Below are positions 24,946 through 37,108 of a stretch of 48,011 nt of DNA, piece after piece. Origin of the DNA: Psammoneis japonica (lineage: Eukaryota); contig QPGO01000011.1 in NCBI GenBank assembly GCA_008632985.1, forward strand, positions 806,001 through 854,011, written 5' to 3'. The notes under the pieces are model-generated. The model was not told where the DNA came from, searched no databases, and saw only the letters and a program-made list of their open reading frames with translations. Position 1 is the first letter of the stretch. Each line of letters opens with the position of its first letter. Position numbers and translations under genes: made by a program.

Positions 24946-25290
24946 CTATCCAACTCTGGGGCATTTGACGACCTTGTCCTGCTCGTCCACAAAGATACGA
25001 ACCCGATCTTCACGATAATCCATCGATACCATTGCATCCTTGGGGACAACTTGAACCATGGCAAGATTTGGGTTCTCCCTCGCAATCGTTTCTTTAGCTT
25101 CTTGACCCGACAATCCCATTAGTTCTTTCCACGCAGTCTTGGGTTCTGCCATTTTCTCCTTGCTTTCTTGTTCAATTTCTGGATCGGGGCAGTCGCCTTG
25201 CGGTGATGGTGATGAACTCGCGGTCACTTGGAACGCGCAAAGCAGCGAGAGAAAAAGTACAGACAACTGGATGAGCTTTGACAGCTTCAT
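24946..25290 (-). CDS. Secreted serine protease inhibitor, potato inhibitor I (I13) family
   Basis: Signal peptide followed by 'KTAWKELMG...EAKETI..ENP...VVPKDAMVSMDYREDRVRIFVD...VVKCPRVG'. Confidence 0.92.
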   Translation of the reverse strand: MKLSKLIQLSVLFLSLLCAFQVTASSSPSPQGDCPDPEIEQESKEKMAEPKTAWKELMGLSGQEAKETIARENPNLAMVQVVPKDAMVSMDYREDRVRIFVDEQDKVVKCPRVG

Positions 25291-25777
25291 ACAATTTATT
25301 CAATCGCAGAGATGGCAGCCAAAGTAAAAGTGACGAGTTGTATCGACACTGAATGTAGTTTATCGCTTCTCCTATTGCGGGACTTGATGACCCGTTTCGA
25401 CGGCGCTATTGTGAAATGTGAGTGGCGGAACAGCGGTCATGGCATGGGTCATGGCTCCTACTTTACCTGCGGGTTGATGACTCGTGACTGCAAGTCTTGG
25501 ATACGATCATGAAGATGCATTCCTTTTATTCAGACACAAGGAATGAATATTTATTCCTTGGTGCACTACGAGAGGACCAACAACGACTGAAGCGGGGGTG
25601 TTACCGTAGCTATCAGAAGCCGCTAAAATGTCAGAACTTTTCAGGCACGATTGCTGAATCCATCACTGAGTGTCACGTTATGAACCTCGAGGAGAAACTC
25701 GAATCAATTTCAGCCAAGTTCAAGTCACAAAATTGATGGTGATAGGAAGCATGTCTACCCTGTCTACTTGAAATAGA

Positions 25778-26421
25778 ATGTGGATTGGTGCTCTTATTGT
25801 TTTGGTCCTCGCGCTCATGCAATCGGCTCGCGGCCAAGAAGATCAGCCTTGTGAAGACCCGTTGGAAGCCATTCTTGCGACCCTTACTGTATTGAGGAGG
25901 AGAATCCCGTGTGCGCATCGGCAGGATACAATTCTGCAGAATTCAAAAAATTGCACAATGAAGTTGACACCAACACGGTGATTGATCAAGGCGGAGCGTT
26001 CTGGATAGGAACATTTGCTTTGGTCGACTTGTCTCTCGATTACAATCACATGATGAATATTGGACCAAACCAAGCTAGTATTCGGTATGTCGAGTTTGTG
26101 AACACTACTTCAGGAGCCGAGTTTGGCTTGCCTCCGTCCACGCAATACCCATTTGGCCAGTCGTTTCGGCAACACGAGCATGCGCTAGTGACGGTGGACA
26201 ATAACTGCAAAATCACACGATGGGATCAATATGGTGATAACCAAGATCAGTTTGCCGTGGAAGATGCAGTTGGGGCATTGTTGAGTGAACCGGCCATCCA
26301 GTGTCGTTTTGATCCAACGTCTTGCACCAACGACAGTGATTCGCCGGCAGTCCATAGCAAGACCATCAAATCCGCAGGTCGTCTAGCAACGATTTGGGCT
26401 CTTATCGGGGCTCTTGTTTGA
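25778..26421 (+). pseudogene. Secreted, possibly GPI-anchored protein with a 1-nt frameshift near 25886 (pseudogene or consensus error)
   Basis: The signal-peptide ORF 'MWIGALIVLVLALMQSARGQEDQPCEDPLEAILATL' continues in a shifted frame as 'CIEEENPVCASAGYN...' to a hydrophobic C-terminal tail. Confidence 0.65.
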
Positions 26422-26552
26422 TAATCTTAAATTAGATTCCACAGTCTACATGCTATTTACAATTATCATCGAAGCAGCCTCAAGGCCGAAGGGCCCTGGT
26501 TCCACTTGGGTTGCAATCGTTGCGTCCCAAACTCTCTTGTGTATATCTATCA

Positions 26553-27798
26553 TTACGTCGATACCGCCCATCGAGTTCCCATGGTCATCCACAGAGCTGC
26601 CAAAGAATAGAAGATCACCTTGATCAATCTGTCAACCCGACTTGCTTCTTTCACACGTGGGTGAGATAGTGCCAAATCTAGAAACTTGAGCATTGCCAAG
26701 CAACCCAAAGTAGCCACGACCCATAATCGTACACGAGTGGCGCCACCATTGCTTCCATTGGCATTCTCATTCGTCGGAGGGTATGGCATGTAGTCTAGCA
26801 TCCAACAACCAAACAAGCCGAGAGCAATACTTGAATAGAAAGCAGCATCGGTAGCAATTACACTAAACATGGAAACTTTCATTGCCTTTTCATAGGAACT
26901 ATTGCTTCGAATCACCTGCTGGTACGAATCACGAGTGTGACCAGACTTGACGCACCAACGCGCAATCACAGCATAAACGAGTACCGTGCTGCCGTAACAA
27001 ATGTATGTAATTGCCAAGACAGAAGCTTCCTTTGTGTCGCTGCTCCACCGCTGTACTGGCTTTATCACAAAGACAGCGGTACCGATAGTAACGGTGAGTA
27101 GAATCGCGGCCAAAACGTCGGTAACCCAGTGGACGCAAAGGGTGATTCTGGATGCGGCTACCGTCACGGACGCAAGGCCGAATGTAAACCACAAGGCAGG
27201 AATCGTGGGGTGCTGCAACGCAATCAGATAGAAAACACTGGAAATAAAGGTCGTATGACCGCTCGGAAAGCTGTAGCACCATTCTTTTCTGGGCACAGCG
27301 TTTGGGAAATGCCAACGCCATTTGGGTCTGGAAATTCGGGTGGTATCCTTGAGTATCTTCACAACAACTTGGAGAATATGAATCGTAAGAATTGTATCAG
27401 GACAACAAACGCATTTGAATTGGTCATGTATAATAAAAAGCAACAAATGAGCATCTTGATGGGTCTTTTGGTGCTGAAGTGTACGACATTCGCAAGTATG
27501 TTCAAGAAAGCGAATCGCCTGCTGCACACGTCAAGAATGGATGCTTGTCGGTCCTCCATGGAACAGGCATGGACCAAACGAGCGAATCCTCTACGATGTC
27601 ATCAATCGGTATTGTTGAGAGTCGTCTTAGCTTCGTATCCGTATCTTGCGACCCAACAACAGAATCCGTCGAGGCGGTACTAGAGGCATTCAATTGCGAT
27701 TCCACATCGTCCTGCGATTCGAAAGGGGTAGAATCGCCATCTTGGAAATCCACAGGAGTTGGTCTTTCTTGCGCTTGCAGTGTCATCAATGCTTTCAT
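26553..27798 (-). CDS. PAP2-superfamily multi-pass membrane phosphatase; 5' region disrupted (frameshifts or unresolved intron at ~27530-27365)
   Basis: Intact C1 'KDTTRISRP', C2 'FPSGH' and C3 'SRITLCVHWVTD', plus several TM segments. The N-terminal ORF 27798-27502 is out of frame with the catalytic ORF. Confidence 0.75.
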
Positions 27799-28229
27799 GT
27801 TGGAGTGTTTGAAAGAAAAAATGAAGGTGTTCCAATCGGCGTTTTAGCGCGCACCAAAAATCCGAATTCTCCGAAGGAAAAAGGCCTGTCTTGAATCTTT
27901 CTCGTCACACAAACATCAGCACTTTCGCACAGCATTGACAAATGGCGCCATGCATGTCGATTGGAGCAACCAGTGTCTGAGCTGGCAACAGAGTTTGCTC
28001 CTACGCCATTTGGACTCGTGAGATCGTTCAGCACAACCGTCTACATGGTTCAATGGTCAATGGCCTTCGCTTATCTGGATATCATCGTGATGTCAGCGGC
28101 AAATCCGCGATGCTTCCTTGCGCGATTATGCGCGCATGGGTGTTTTACTCGACTCATTCGACTGACGTAGATTATGGTGCCGACGGACGGGCAGACAATT
28201 GGCAAAAAAAAATCGAATCGAAATCAAAA

Positions 28230-29431
28230 ATNGTTTCACAACACTGAAAGGCCTTCGTGTAGCCTACGTGATACTTGCCTTTCTTTTTTGTCTCCTTGCT
28301 TTCGTTGGCTTTATATGGCTGTGAAGGTCGCCACTGCTCATAATAATAAAGTGACGAGTGACATGGAATCACCACCGACCGGGCACCGATGCATTTGCGT
28401 CGACTGCGATCAAGATTCTGAATGAGGAATGCGGAGGCCTCTGGAAAGGAGATGCTGTCGGGGGCGATCCACACTACTTTGAAACGGTCGATATTGTCTT
28501 GTCGCACTGTATCAAACCATCGGGTTGGTTAGCCAATTTAACAGAAGGCGTTCCTGTTTCAGACATTACAATCATTTCTATGTGTGGCCAACCTGTTGTT
28601 GGCGCTTCAAAAGGGTCGACCATACTTCGACTTCCAAATAGGGGTCGGTGTGATCAAAGCTACGCACAATGGCTATCCGAACGGAGCGCAAAGATGCCTT
28701 CTTCTGTCCAGGAAAAGGGTATCGTGTTGTTTCTGAAAGACGATCTTAGTGACGCTAGTAGCTATCGACAGGGAGTTTTGAGGATCGATACATGACAACA
28801 TGCTAAGGGTTGCTTCGACAACTGCTGGCTTTGCGTGTGGCATGGAGCCAACAAAGTCGCCACTTTTATCGTTTCCCACTGCTTTGCGATCGAGCCATCA
28901 TGAGTTGGATAAGTTTGTTCAGTTTGATATGAAGGAGTACTCAAGTCAAAACGGCAAATACAACAAAGTCAAACCTGTGAAGCTCCGTTCGTCTCTCCTT
29001 ACAAGAATCTTAGCGATTGGGCATTGTCACTCGGGATAACGTTTGAAAAAGATCTAGTTAGCGTTTGCTATGGTGGAACGTTTGCAGTGTCTTCAAAACA
29101 AATACAAAATGTCAAGGCGGATTTATGGGAAAAGATATCCACGAGTCTGATGCGGGGCGATAACATCCAGAAGGGACACTTTGCCGAGCGCGATTGTGCA
29201 GGCTTGCTTTCTCAGCCACTCAAGGAATACAAATATCAGCATTTCGTCAACACCAGATGGAGAAATGGACACGAGTTCGGTGGTGCCAGGATCGCTTCTC
29301 CGCCAAAAAAGCGTTGTCGACTCTCTCAAGTCATGATGTTTTTCTTAGCTGTGCATAAATCGTCTTTCCCACCTATGATGCAACAACCAGGATCGAATGT
29401 GTATAATCCTTGGTGCAACCAGAGAGTTTAA
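28230..29431 (+). pseudogene. Fragmented DUF3431-like (diatom-expanded) gene with several frameshifts
   Basis: Successive frames carry 'VDIVLSHC', 'RLPNRGRCDQSYAQWL', 'GIVLFLKD', 'GFACG', 'YKNLSDW', 'VCYGGTFAVS' and 'LMRGDNIQKGHFAER'. Shifts occur near 28790 and 28995, and there is an N base at 28232. Confidence 0.65.
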
Positions 29432-29830
29432 AAAGGTAGCCCATGAACTGCGATGGCAAACGCGGCACCCGAGTCCGTGCCAAAACAACAAAAATTTTGA
29501 AGTTGTAGATACATCCGTTGGAGCAATGTTTTCTACTTCGTCGGCTCGCTGTTAACTCGCATCGCGGAGTGCAGTTCTCGCTCAACTGGAACGTCGCCGA
29601 AATGGTCGCAACACCCTACTCGTACATGTACGCGGTTCGTCTAATATCATTAAAGCAAGGTTGCAACGGTCCTCTTTGGTTCACCATGGGAACTGAATCA
29701 CGCAAGACTACTCCAAGAAGTGCTAATACCGTACGAAAATAGATGTTGACAGGTGAAACTGATGGAAATAATCTGAATACGTCTTTTTCTTCCCTAATCG
29801 TCGCTGACTCCCTTGCTTTACACGTAGGCT

Positions 29831-31908
29831 TTAGGGCCCGGTTGAGCAAGTGCCATCGCCAGGAGGTCGAACGTTGACATATCTTGTGCAAGATGAAGAT
29901 GCTCCCTTGCTATCTGTGACAGTGAGTGTCACTGTTCTATTTCCAATGCCATACGGAGGCGGAGGGTCCAGGACATGCGTCAACGTATCACCGTTGGGAT
30001 CAAACGAATCGAAGTCAATCGTCGTCCACACCTTGCAAAGTGGGGAAGGTCGGGATCTTTTGTCCCTGTTCTTGCAGCGCATAACTGGTGGCTTGTTTAC
30101 ATGACAGACACCACGCTTAGGTTGACGAACCGTCACAGTCCTTGTGCAGGTATTTGTGCGGCCTTCACTGTCCGTAGCTGTGAGAGTTACACCGTAACAC
30201 CGACGTTGTAGGGCGGAGGAGGGACTTGCGTCAAGACAACAGGCTTGGAGTCAAAAGATTTGGACCCGTCGTCAATCGTAGTCCAAACATAGCACTTTGA
30301 AGACGATATGGCTTTCTTATCTCGTTCCTTGCAGCGCATTCTTGGTAGCTTTGCCGTCTTGCAGCCAGACACTATGACCAGTAGCTTCTTCTTGGTAACA
30401 GCTCCCTTGCTGTCTTTGGCTTTGAAGAACAGTTTGTATCGCGCATTATCCGTCGGCGTCATATCGAGACGAACAGTTGCTGCATGACCAGATTTGTTTG
30501 TCACCTTCATTCCAACGGGAGCGCCCCAAACTTTAACGGTGGTAGTTTGATCTGGCTCTGGACTGAGGAAGGTTATCACGGCATCAAGGTTTTCACATGA
30601 GGCCAGCTTGATCTTTCCTGACGAGGGAAAGTCAACCGCAGCTGGCGGGGTGTTGCTCTCACCAGAAGACTGGCACCGAAGGGTTGGATAGGGGTACTCG
30701 CTGTTTTGTAGATGGGTCCAAACATTGCTGTCCCAGCTGGAGTATGGCGGATTAGTGGGATCACGAAAGTATTGACTGCTTTCCACGACCTTTACTTCAG
30801 TGTCTCCTGCTTCATATTCTTCATCGCGATAACCTCCAACTGCAGGGTCCATCACGCAGTAGTTACCCTCTAGCAAACTGGAATCATCATAACTGCCAAT
30901 AAATCCACCTACGGCACCATAATCATCAAATATGGTGACCTCACCTGTGGCGAAGCTGCTCTTAATCGAAGAATTATCAGAATATCCAACGAGACCACCG
31001 GCTGCACCACTTCCTTTCACATCACCCAGAACATAGCTATTTGAAATGTAAGTTTCAATTGCGTCTCCCACGAGGCCACCCACGCTCAAACTACCCAAAA
31101 CAGCTAAATCACCAACTACGAAGCAGTTGCGGATGGCTCCGCCCCTGAATCCGCCCCAGAAATAGCCAACCAAACCGCCAAAACTTTTTGAATAGTCATA
31201 CCACGGTTCATAACCGTAATCTGACACAGTGACATTATGCACACTGCATTCTTCAATATCAACACCGTAATCAGCATATCCCACAAGACCGCCAGCTGCG
31301 TCACCGTATACTTCCCCACCGAGGACCTGGCAGCACGTGATATTAACATCATCTGCATATCCAACAAGCCCGCCAGAACGGACATCTCCACCTACGTACG
31401 AATCTCTCACGGTGACATTATGGATAGTTCCACCATACGTATATCCAACGAGCGATCCGAAATAGTTAGGATAGTCGCCGCATCTACCTTGGTCGACGGT
31501 GGTGTTAACGAGGATTAGATTTCGGATCTCGGCATGGTCAGTAACACCAAACAGACCAAAGCCGGCAATGCAAGCTGTGTCCGGTTCAACGATGTGCAAA
31601 TCGCGAATCGTATGCCCTCCACCATCAAACGATCCAGTGAACTCAGTATCTTCATAATCATCATAAGAGAAATCAATGCCAATGGGATGGAACTTATCTC
31701 CAATGACGGCTTGAATGTCATTGACCAGCACATAATTTCTATCGAGTCCATTAGCTTGAACACCCTTCAGGTCATCGTAAGTAGCAATCTTGCAGGGATC
31801 TGTGTTAGGCTTCCCACAATTTGATTGAAACCCCGAGATCGTGGGGAGTACGATGAAACTGCCTACGATGGTACGTAAACGGAAAGTCTTCCAGTATCCT
31901 GTCACCAT
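29831..31908 (-). CDS. Secreted-type GLUG-motif repeat protein with Ig-like and two HYR-like C-terminal modules; 1-nt frameshift near 30192
   Basis: 'FTGSFDGGGHTIRDL', 'GLFG' and about seven 'GGLVGY'-type repeats. After the stop at 30187 the shifted frame continues 'VTLTATDSEGRTNTCTRTVTV' and a second 'PPPPYGIGNRTVTLTVTDSKGASSSC' module, ending at 29831. No introns. Confidence 0.75.
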
Positions 31909-32443
31909 GAGCTTTTTTCTTTTCTCGAGTGTTCTTCATATGGAGTGTCACAGGGAGAAAACAACATAGGTTTACAATGATGTGTAAGATTGACAGTCGT
32001 GGCTGAGCAGAATTCCTACAGCGTAGATGGTGGCAATAACAAAACAGTAAACGGCCAATCGTCAAGCCCATCTCCGGGTGGCTAGAACATGAGATGTATG
32101 TGAACATAATAACAACGCACAATATTACATGGAGCTCCTTTCATCGTAAGTGTGACTGACGCAACAAGAAATGATGGCAAACGGGCGCTCTTCATTTTGG
32201 TTAACAGATGCACCGTTCACAACCACCACAACAGAAAAAGCACGATACATCATGCATGCTGCAGGTTCAAGCAAAGGCCAATGGCGATGGGGCAATTTTC
32301 GCCATGGCTCACAGCCCAACACTGAGGAATGACTCACATTCTTATTGGTTCAAAGCACTGGTTTTGTTCTTATCGTTGTTTTGTTTTTGTGAGTGCAAAG
32401 TACGTACCGTAGCTGAAAGTTCGCGGATCGCGGATCATCACAG

Positions 32444-32547
32444 TGCCGGTGTTCGTTTTATGATCTCTCTCATAAATGTTTTTAGGGACATTCTTTATGA
32501 CCTCTCTCCTAAATGTTTAGGAATATTTATGGTGACTAATGTCCAGT
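32444..32547 (+). repeat. Dispersed repeat copy A (TA-rich form; two internal ~38-bp units ATGAyCTCTCTC.TAAATGTTT..AGG)
   Basis: Aligns with 37012-37108. Confidence 0.85.
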
Positions 32548-33969
32548 TCTCTCGGTCCGTTGGCTGCGCTTCTGTGGGTCATCCGTGTGACAGGTCGACG
32601 TCTGAAATCTAATGGCAACTCTTTTATTACATGCCGGAATGGCGGGTTCATGAACACCTGTCCCTAAACGAAAAACAGGGTTTTTCGAATGTAAAAAAAG
32701 ATGAGCCAGGAACTCATTGTGATGCTCTTTGTTTTTGTTGCAAATGGTCCGTGGGGCGGTTTGTTCGGCGAAGAGAAAACCACACCTTCATCATCTCGTT
32801 TTCGAGGTGTGTGGTCATGTTGGGGAATTTTGGGGTTTTTTACAGTTGCAATTTGACGTCACTGTGGTCGCATGAATCGTTGGGGTGTTCGGGTTTCATA
32901 AAATGGCCGAACACATCTCACCACTTCAGGTGCTTTTGATTCTGACATTGAAGACCGAGCGACTCTGGGTCGCTGTTTTTAAGTCGTTCCCATTGTGGAT
33001 GGCAATGTCGCATGTGAGTGACGAGTCGAGAACAGAAGTGGTGTGTGAGCAATGGTGGATGATGCAAAGTAACCCCAGCAGAGGTGTGCCGATTTTTCCA
33101 CGAGTGCGAAATTTGTTTTGGCAGAGTCCGACAAATGACCGATTGTCGACACTCAACTGCCAGATGAAGTGAGAGCTGACCAGTTCTGATGGCATTGCAT
33201 TGGTCAATTGGGGGGATCATCAGAGCATCTTTGCCAGTGAGTTGCAAACACAAACCCATGTCCACATGTCTTCCGATGCGAATGAGATTCACAAAAAATC
33301 ATCATTTTCGGTGGATCGCAAACACAGTTTTTGCACTGACAACCCTTTTTGGATTTGCAATTCATGGAAATGAATCACAAATAAATCAGGCCTTGGATGC
33401 AATCCACCTTCCAAAATTGCAAACAAAAATTTTAAATTTCTGGCACAAAAAGGATGCAGAAATCCTGCAGCCCTGATCTCCTCAGCAAGTCTCTCGCGTC
33501 AGTTGTCCTGCAGTGTGAAAGCTTGTGGGACCGATTGAGCTCCACAAACTCAGGACAGCATTGCCTTTGAAAAAGTGAATGCTTGTCGTGATGTCTGCTG
33601 AGCTTAAAGTCATTTGAATGAGAACAATGCATTGTAGAATCTTCGTCAACCCTCAACCACCGGACTTGAGCAGCCGCCGAGCCACTGGGAAGAGTTTGTC
33701 AGGACCAATCTGTGTGAACTGCAATGCAAACAGAGGGAGCTGGCTTGAACTGCTCACACCTGCACTGATTTCAAACCACCTCCTGGCCCTGACATCCATT
33801 GAAGCACCGACACACTGACCTCCAGTCTGCCTACTGCAGAACTGCCACCAGCATCACAACCGCCACCTGCCTTCACTCCTCCTGAACCTGCTCCTCCGAC
33901 GATGCTGGTGATGCCAGAACCTCCTCCCAACACTTCTCCAGAGGGAGCTCTTCCACTGCACCACTCAAG

Positions 33970-35800
33970 TTGATCACAAACAAGGGACAGTCACTGTCCA
34001 AAAGGTTTGTGCATGAAGTCTTTTTCACTCCTGTTGACCCAAAAGACGAGCTGCATGGGGCTGCAGCACAGTTGGCATGCTGTCTCGTGACTCTGGACAC
34101 CTGCACAGATTTGCAGACCTGCAACATTGATGATCCCAGGGTTTGTGCAACTGCAAAGAAACAAAAGGACCCTGACACGCCATCCCTGCATGAAGCCATG
34201 TGCAGTCACAAGGCCGATGAATGGATCAAGGCTGTGAAAATCAAGATGAGTGCACTGCTCCACCATCATGCATGGGAGATGGCACCACCAAGGACCAATG
34301 GTGTGAATGTGTCACCAGGTGCATGGGCTCAAGAGACTCCCTGATGGTGCACCCTTGAAGCATGAAGCCCGGTGTTGTGTTTGTGGCAATTTGCAGCCAA
34401 AAACAAGGTGTTGATTTTTTTGAGACCTGTGCACTGGTCATGCAATGGTCATCAACTTGGCTTCTCCTCACAACGGCACTCAAAGAAGGTTGGACCACTC
34501 ATCAAGTTGACTGTGCCACTGCCTTTTGCCAAGCCGACATCTCAAGGAGAAAGTCTGTGTGTGTGGAGCCTCCCAAGGGTTTTCAGCCAAAATCAGGTGC
34601 CGACTTGGCACTGAAATTGTTGAAAGCCCGTGTGGACTCTGCCAGTCTCCCAAGTGCTTCTGTGGAAAGCTGTGTGATGGATTGATCAAATGAGGATGGA
34701 TTCAGTCCACCATTGACCCTCCTTGTCTTTGTTTTAAGTGCATCAGCTGAAGAACTTCAAGCTGAGGCCCAGATTGCCAAATTGGGTGTCTCCAATGATG
34801 AGCAATGCCATGTCTTTGACCTGCATGATGAAGGCAAAGTTGGCAACTTTTTGGGCATCAAGATCCAGAAACTCAAGGACAGCTGATTCCCACACTGACC
34901 CAACCTGGCCTGACAGAAAACTGCAATGGAGCTCCCACTCCTGCACTTCCTGCACCTGTTGGCAGCAATTCTGAAGGCCTGTTGTTCGACAAACCTTGTG
35001 ACTGTCACTCCATGGTTGGCATGTTGTTGATGCATCTAGCATCCAACAGTCATCTGGACATTGCCTGCACTGCCCACCAAGTTGCTCAGTTCTCCTTTGC
35101 TCCAAGCCTCCTGTGCTGTTGCTGTCAAGTGCGCTCTTTGGCACTTGAAGGACACTGCTGACAAGGGCTTCATCCCAGCACCCACCATGGATCATCGGCC
35201 AGATTGTTGTGTTTGATGCTGAGTTTACAGGACTCTTCAGTGTTGAAGATGGACAAAACCCCACTTCTGTCAATTCACACACCGGTTGTGCTGCTCATCA
35301 TGCCAGATGTCCCGTCATCTGGTTGTCCAAGCTGCAGACCCTGGCACCAGCACTTTCTGTGATGTCTCACCCTCCTTTGCAAGATCTTGAAGGAAATCAA
35401 CATGCGCATGTCTTCATGCAGCTGGACACTCACAACGAGGCAGCTGCCCACTCCAAAGCCTTCCTGTCGGCTGATGACAGAACCGATGCCTCCCCCATCA
35501 ATGCTGTCAACCTGCCAGCATCTGTTGTGCATGAAGACAATGCTGCTTGCCTCCAATTTGCTTTTGTGGCCTAAATTGTCCCCACAAATCAAGCACATTG
35601 CACTCCACACCGCTGGTTTCGCATGAGGGTTGAGGCTTTGCAGATCAAGATTGAGCCTGTCAGCTCTGCTGCACAGCTTGCCAACCAGTTTGCTGAAGGA
35701 TTGACTGCTGATCTGTTCTGAATTGGTCGTAAAGCCCTCATGGGCTGGCGGCCATTTTTCCTCCTCATCTCAGCAGTTGAGAGGGAGAGAGTTGTCACGA
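33970..35800 (+). mobile_element. Ty1/copia LTR-retrotransposon relic (RT + RNase H, polypurine tract, start of 3' LTR)
   Basis: Frameshifted motifs 'DPDTPSLHEAM', 'QGVDFFETCALVMQWSS', 'QVDCATAF', 'VCVEPPKGF', 'CPVIWLSKLQT', 'VHEDNAAC', 'IKHIAL', 'QLANQF..GL...RKALMGW'. PPT gagagggagagag at 35779-35791, then TGTCAC at 35793. Confidence 0.88.
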
Positions 35801-37011
35801 GTCAAATGCCAAGTCTGGTTCATGGATGATGCTTCCGGTCATCAATCTCTGCTTCCAGAAGAAATGTCCATTGAGCCTTCTGGCATCAGAGTGACACACA
35901 TGACCATCAGGTCAAAATGTCATCTCCGGTCCGGTCAACCATGAGATCTTCTCACAATTTGCATCTTTGGCACACCTCATTGTCTTTTGCTGAATTGTCA
36001 TCCTCTGTGCTGCACTGCACAACCTCAAGAGAGGCATCTCCCTTTTGCTGTCTGTTTGGTCAATGCATCCTGAGTCATGACACATGTCTTGAGAAGGAAA
36101 TGGTGAAAAGTGTTGCAGTGCGCACTTCTTGCCATGGCAGACCTGCTGCATTCAAAAGATTGTTCTTTCTTTTCACCTCACATGAAGTCAAAGCACAAGG
36201 CACTGGCTGAGTCAAATCAGCATGAAATGTCACAAAGCAGCCAGGCAGATTGACTTAAATTTGCTGGATTCAGTGTCACTGTTTGTGGGCAGATTGTTTT
36301 AGACTGGGAAGCAAAAGTGGCCCCAAAGTGAGGGTGCAAAACTTTGCACTCAAAAGTTGCTGAAATCACCCACAAAAGCATGAACACATTTGTGCTGAAC
36401 AAAAAGAGAAATGGCACCCCTGCAGACCAAACAAAATGCTGCTGTTCCAGTGGCACCATTTTTGCAGTCACAATGCAAAAATTTGACACTGCCACACAGG
36501 CAGTCCTCATTTTCATTCTCCACACCATTTGTCACATTGGTCATTTGCTTCTCTGTGCTGTTTTGTCATGACAAAACCCAGGACATGGGTGGTGCTGCGA
36601 TGTGAGACTCAACAAATTTTGAGCTTTTCTTGCACTTGGCAGAAGACAGGGGAGCCTCAGAGAGACAATGTGAAAATGTTCCCCATGTGCTTCACCTGAT
36701 GCTGTGAGCAAATCCACAACTTCAAAAGGTTGCCATGCCTCTGTGTGAAAGCTGTTGCAGCCCACTCTGCAGAAATTTTTCAAGAGTGCCTCAGCAGCCA
36801 TCACAGCTGATTTTTGCACAAGGAAAACCCCAGGGTTGTGCAGGGGTGCACTTGGCATCACACAAGATGATGGTGCAAGTTGGAGCCAACAACTTTGCAA
36901 AAAATCAGCTCAGTGCACCACCCAATCAAATGCACCTTAGCTTGCTTGTGCTGATCAAGAAACAATGCCTTTGAACAAACAGCACCCAAGCTCTTCAGGA
37001 ACATTGTTCAT

Positions 37012-37108
37012 TGCCGGTGTTGCATGATCTCTCTCACAAATGTCAGGGACATTGTTCAATGACCTCTCTCACAAATGTTGAGGAACACTCATGGCACCTT
37101 TGTCCAGT
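37012..37108 (+). repeat. Dispersed repeat copy B (TA-free form)
   Basis: Homologous to 32444-32547 but contains no TA dinucleotide. Confidence 0.85.

Noticed and set aside
32444..37108. Repeat copies A and B as the two LTRs of the copia element
   Set aside because: The PPT puts the 3' LTR start at ~35793, similarity is limited to ~100 bp, and there are no TG...CA ends or PBS at copy A.
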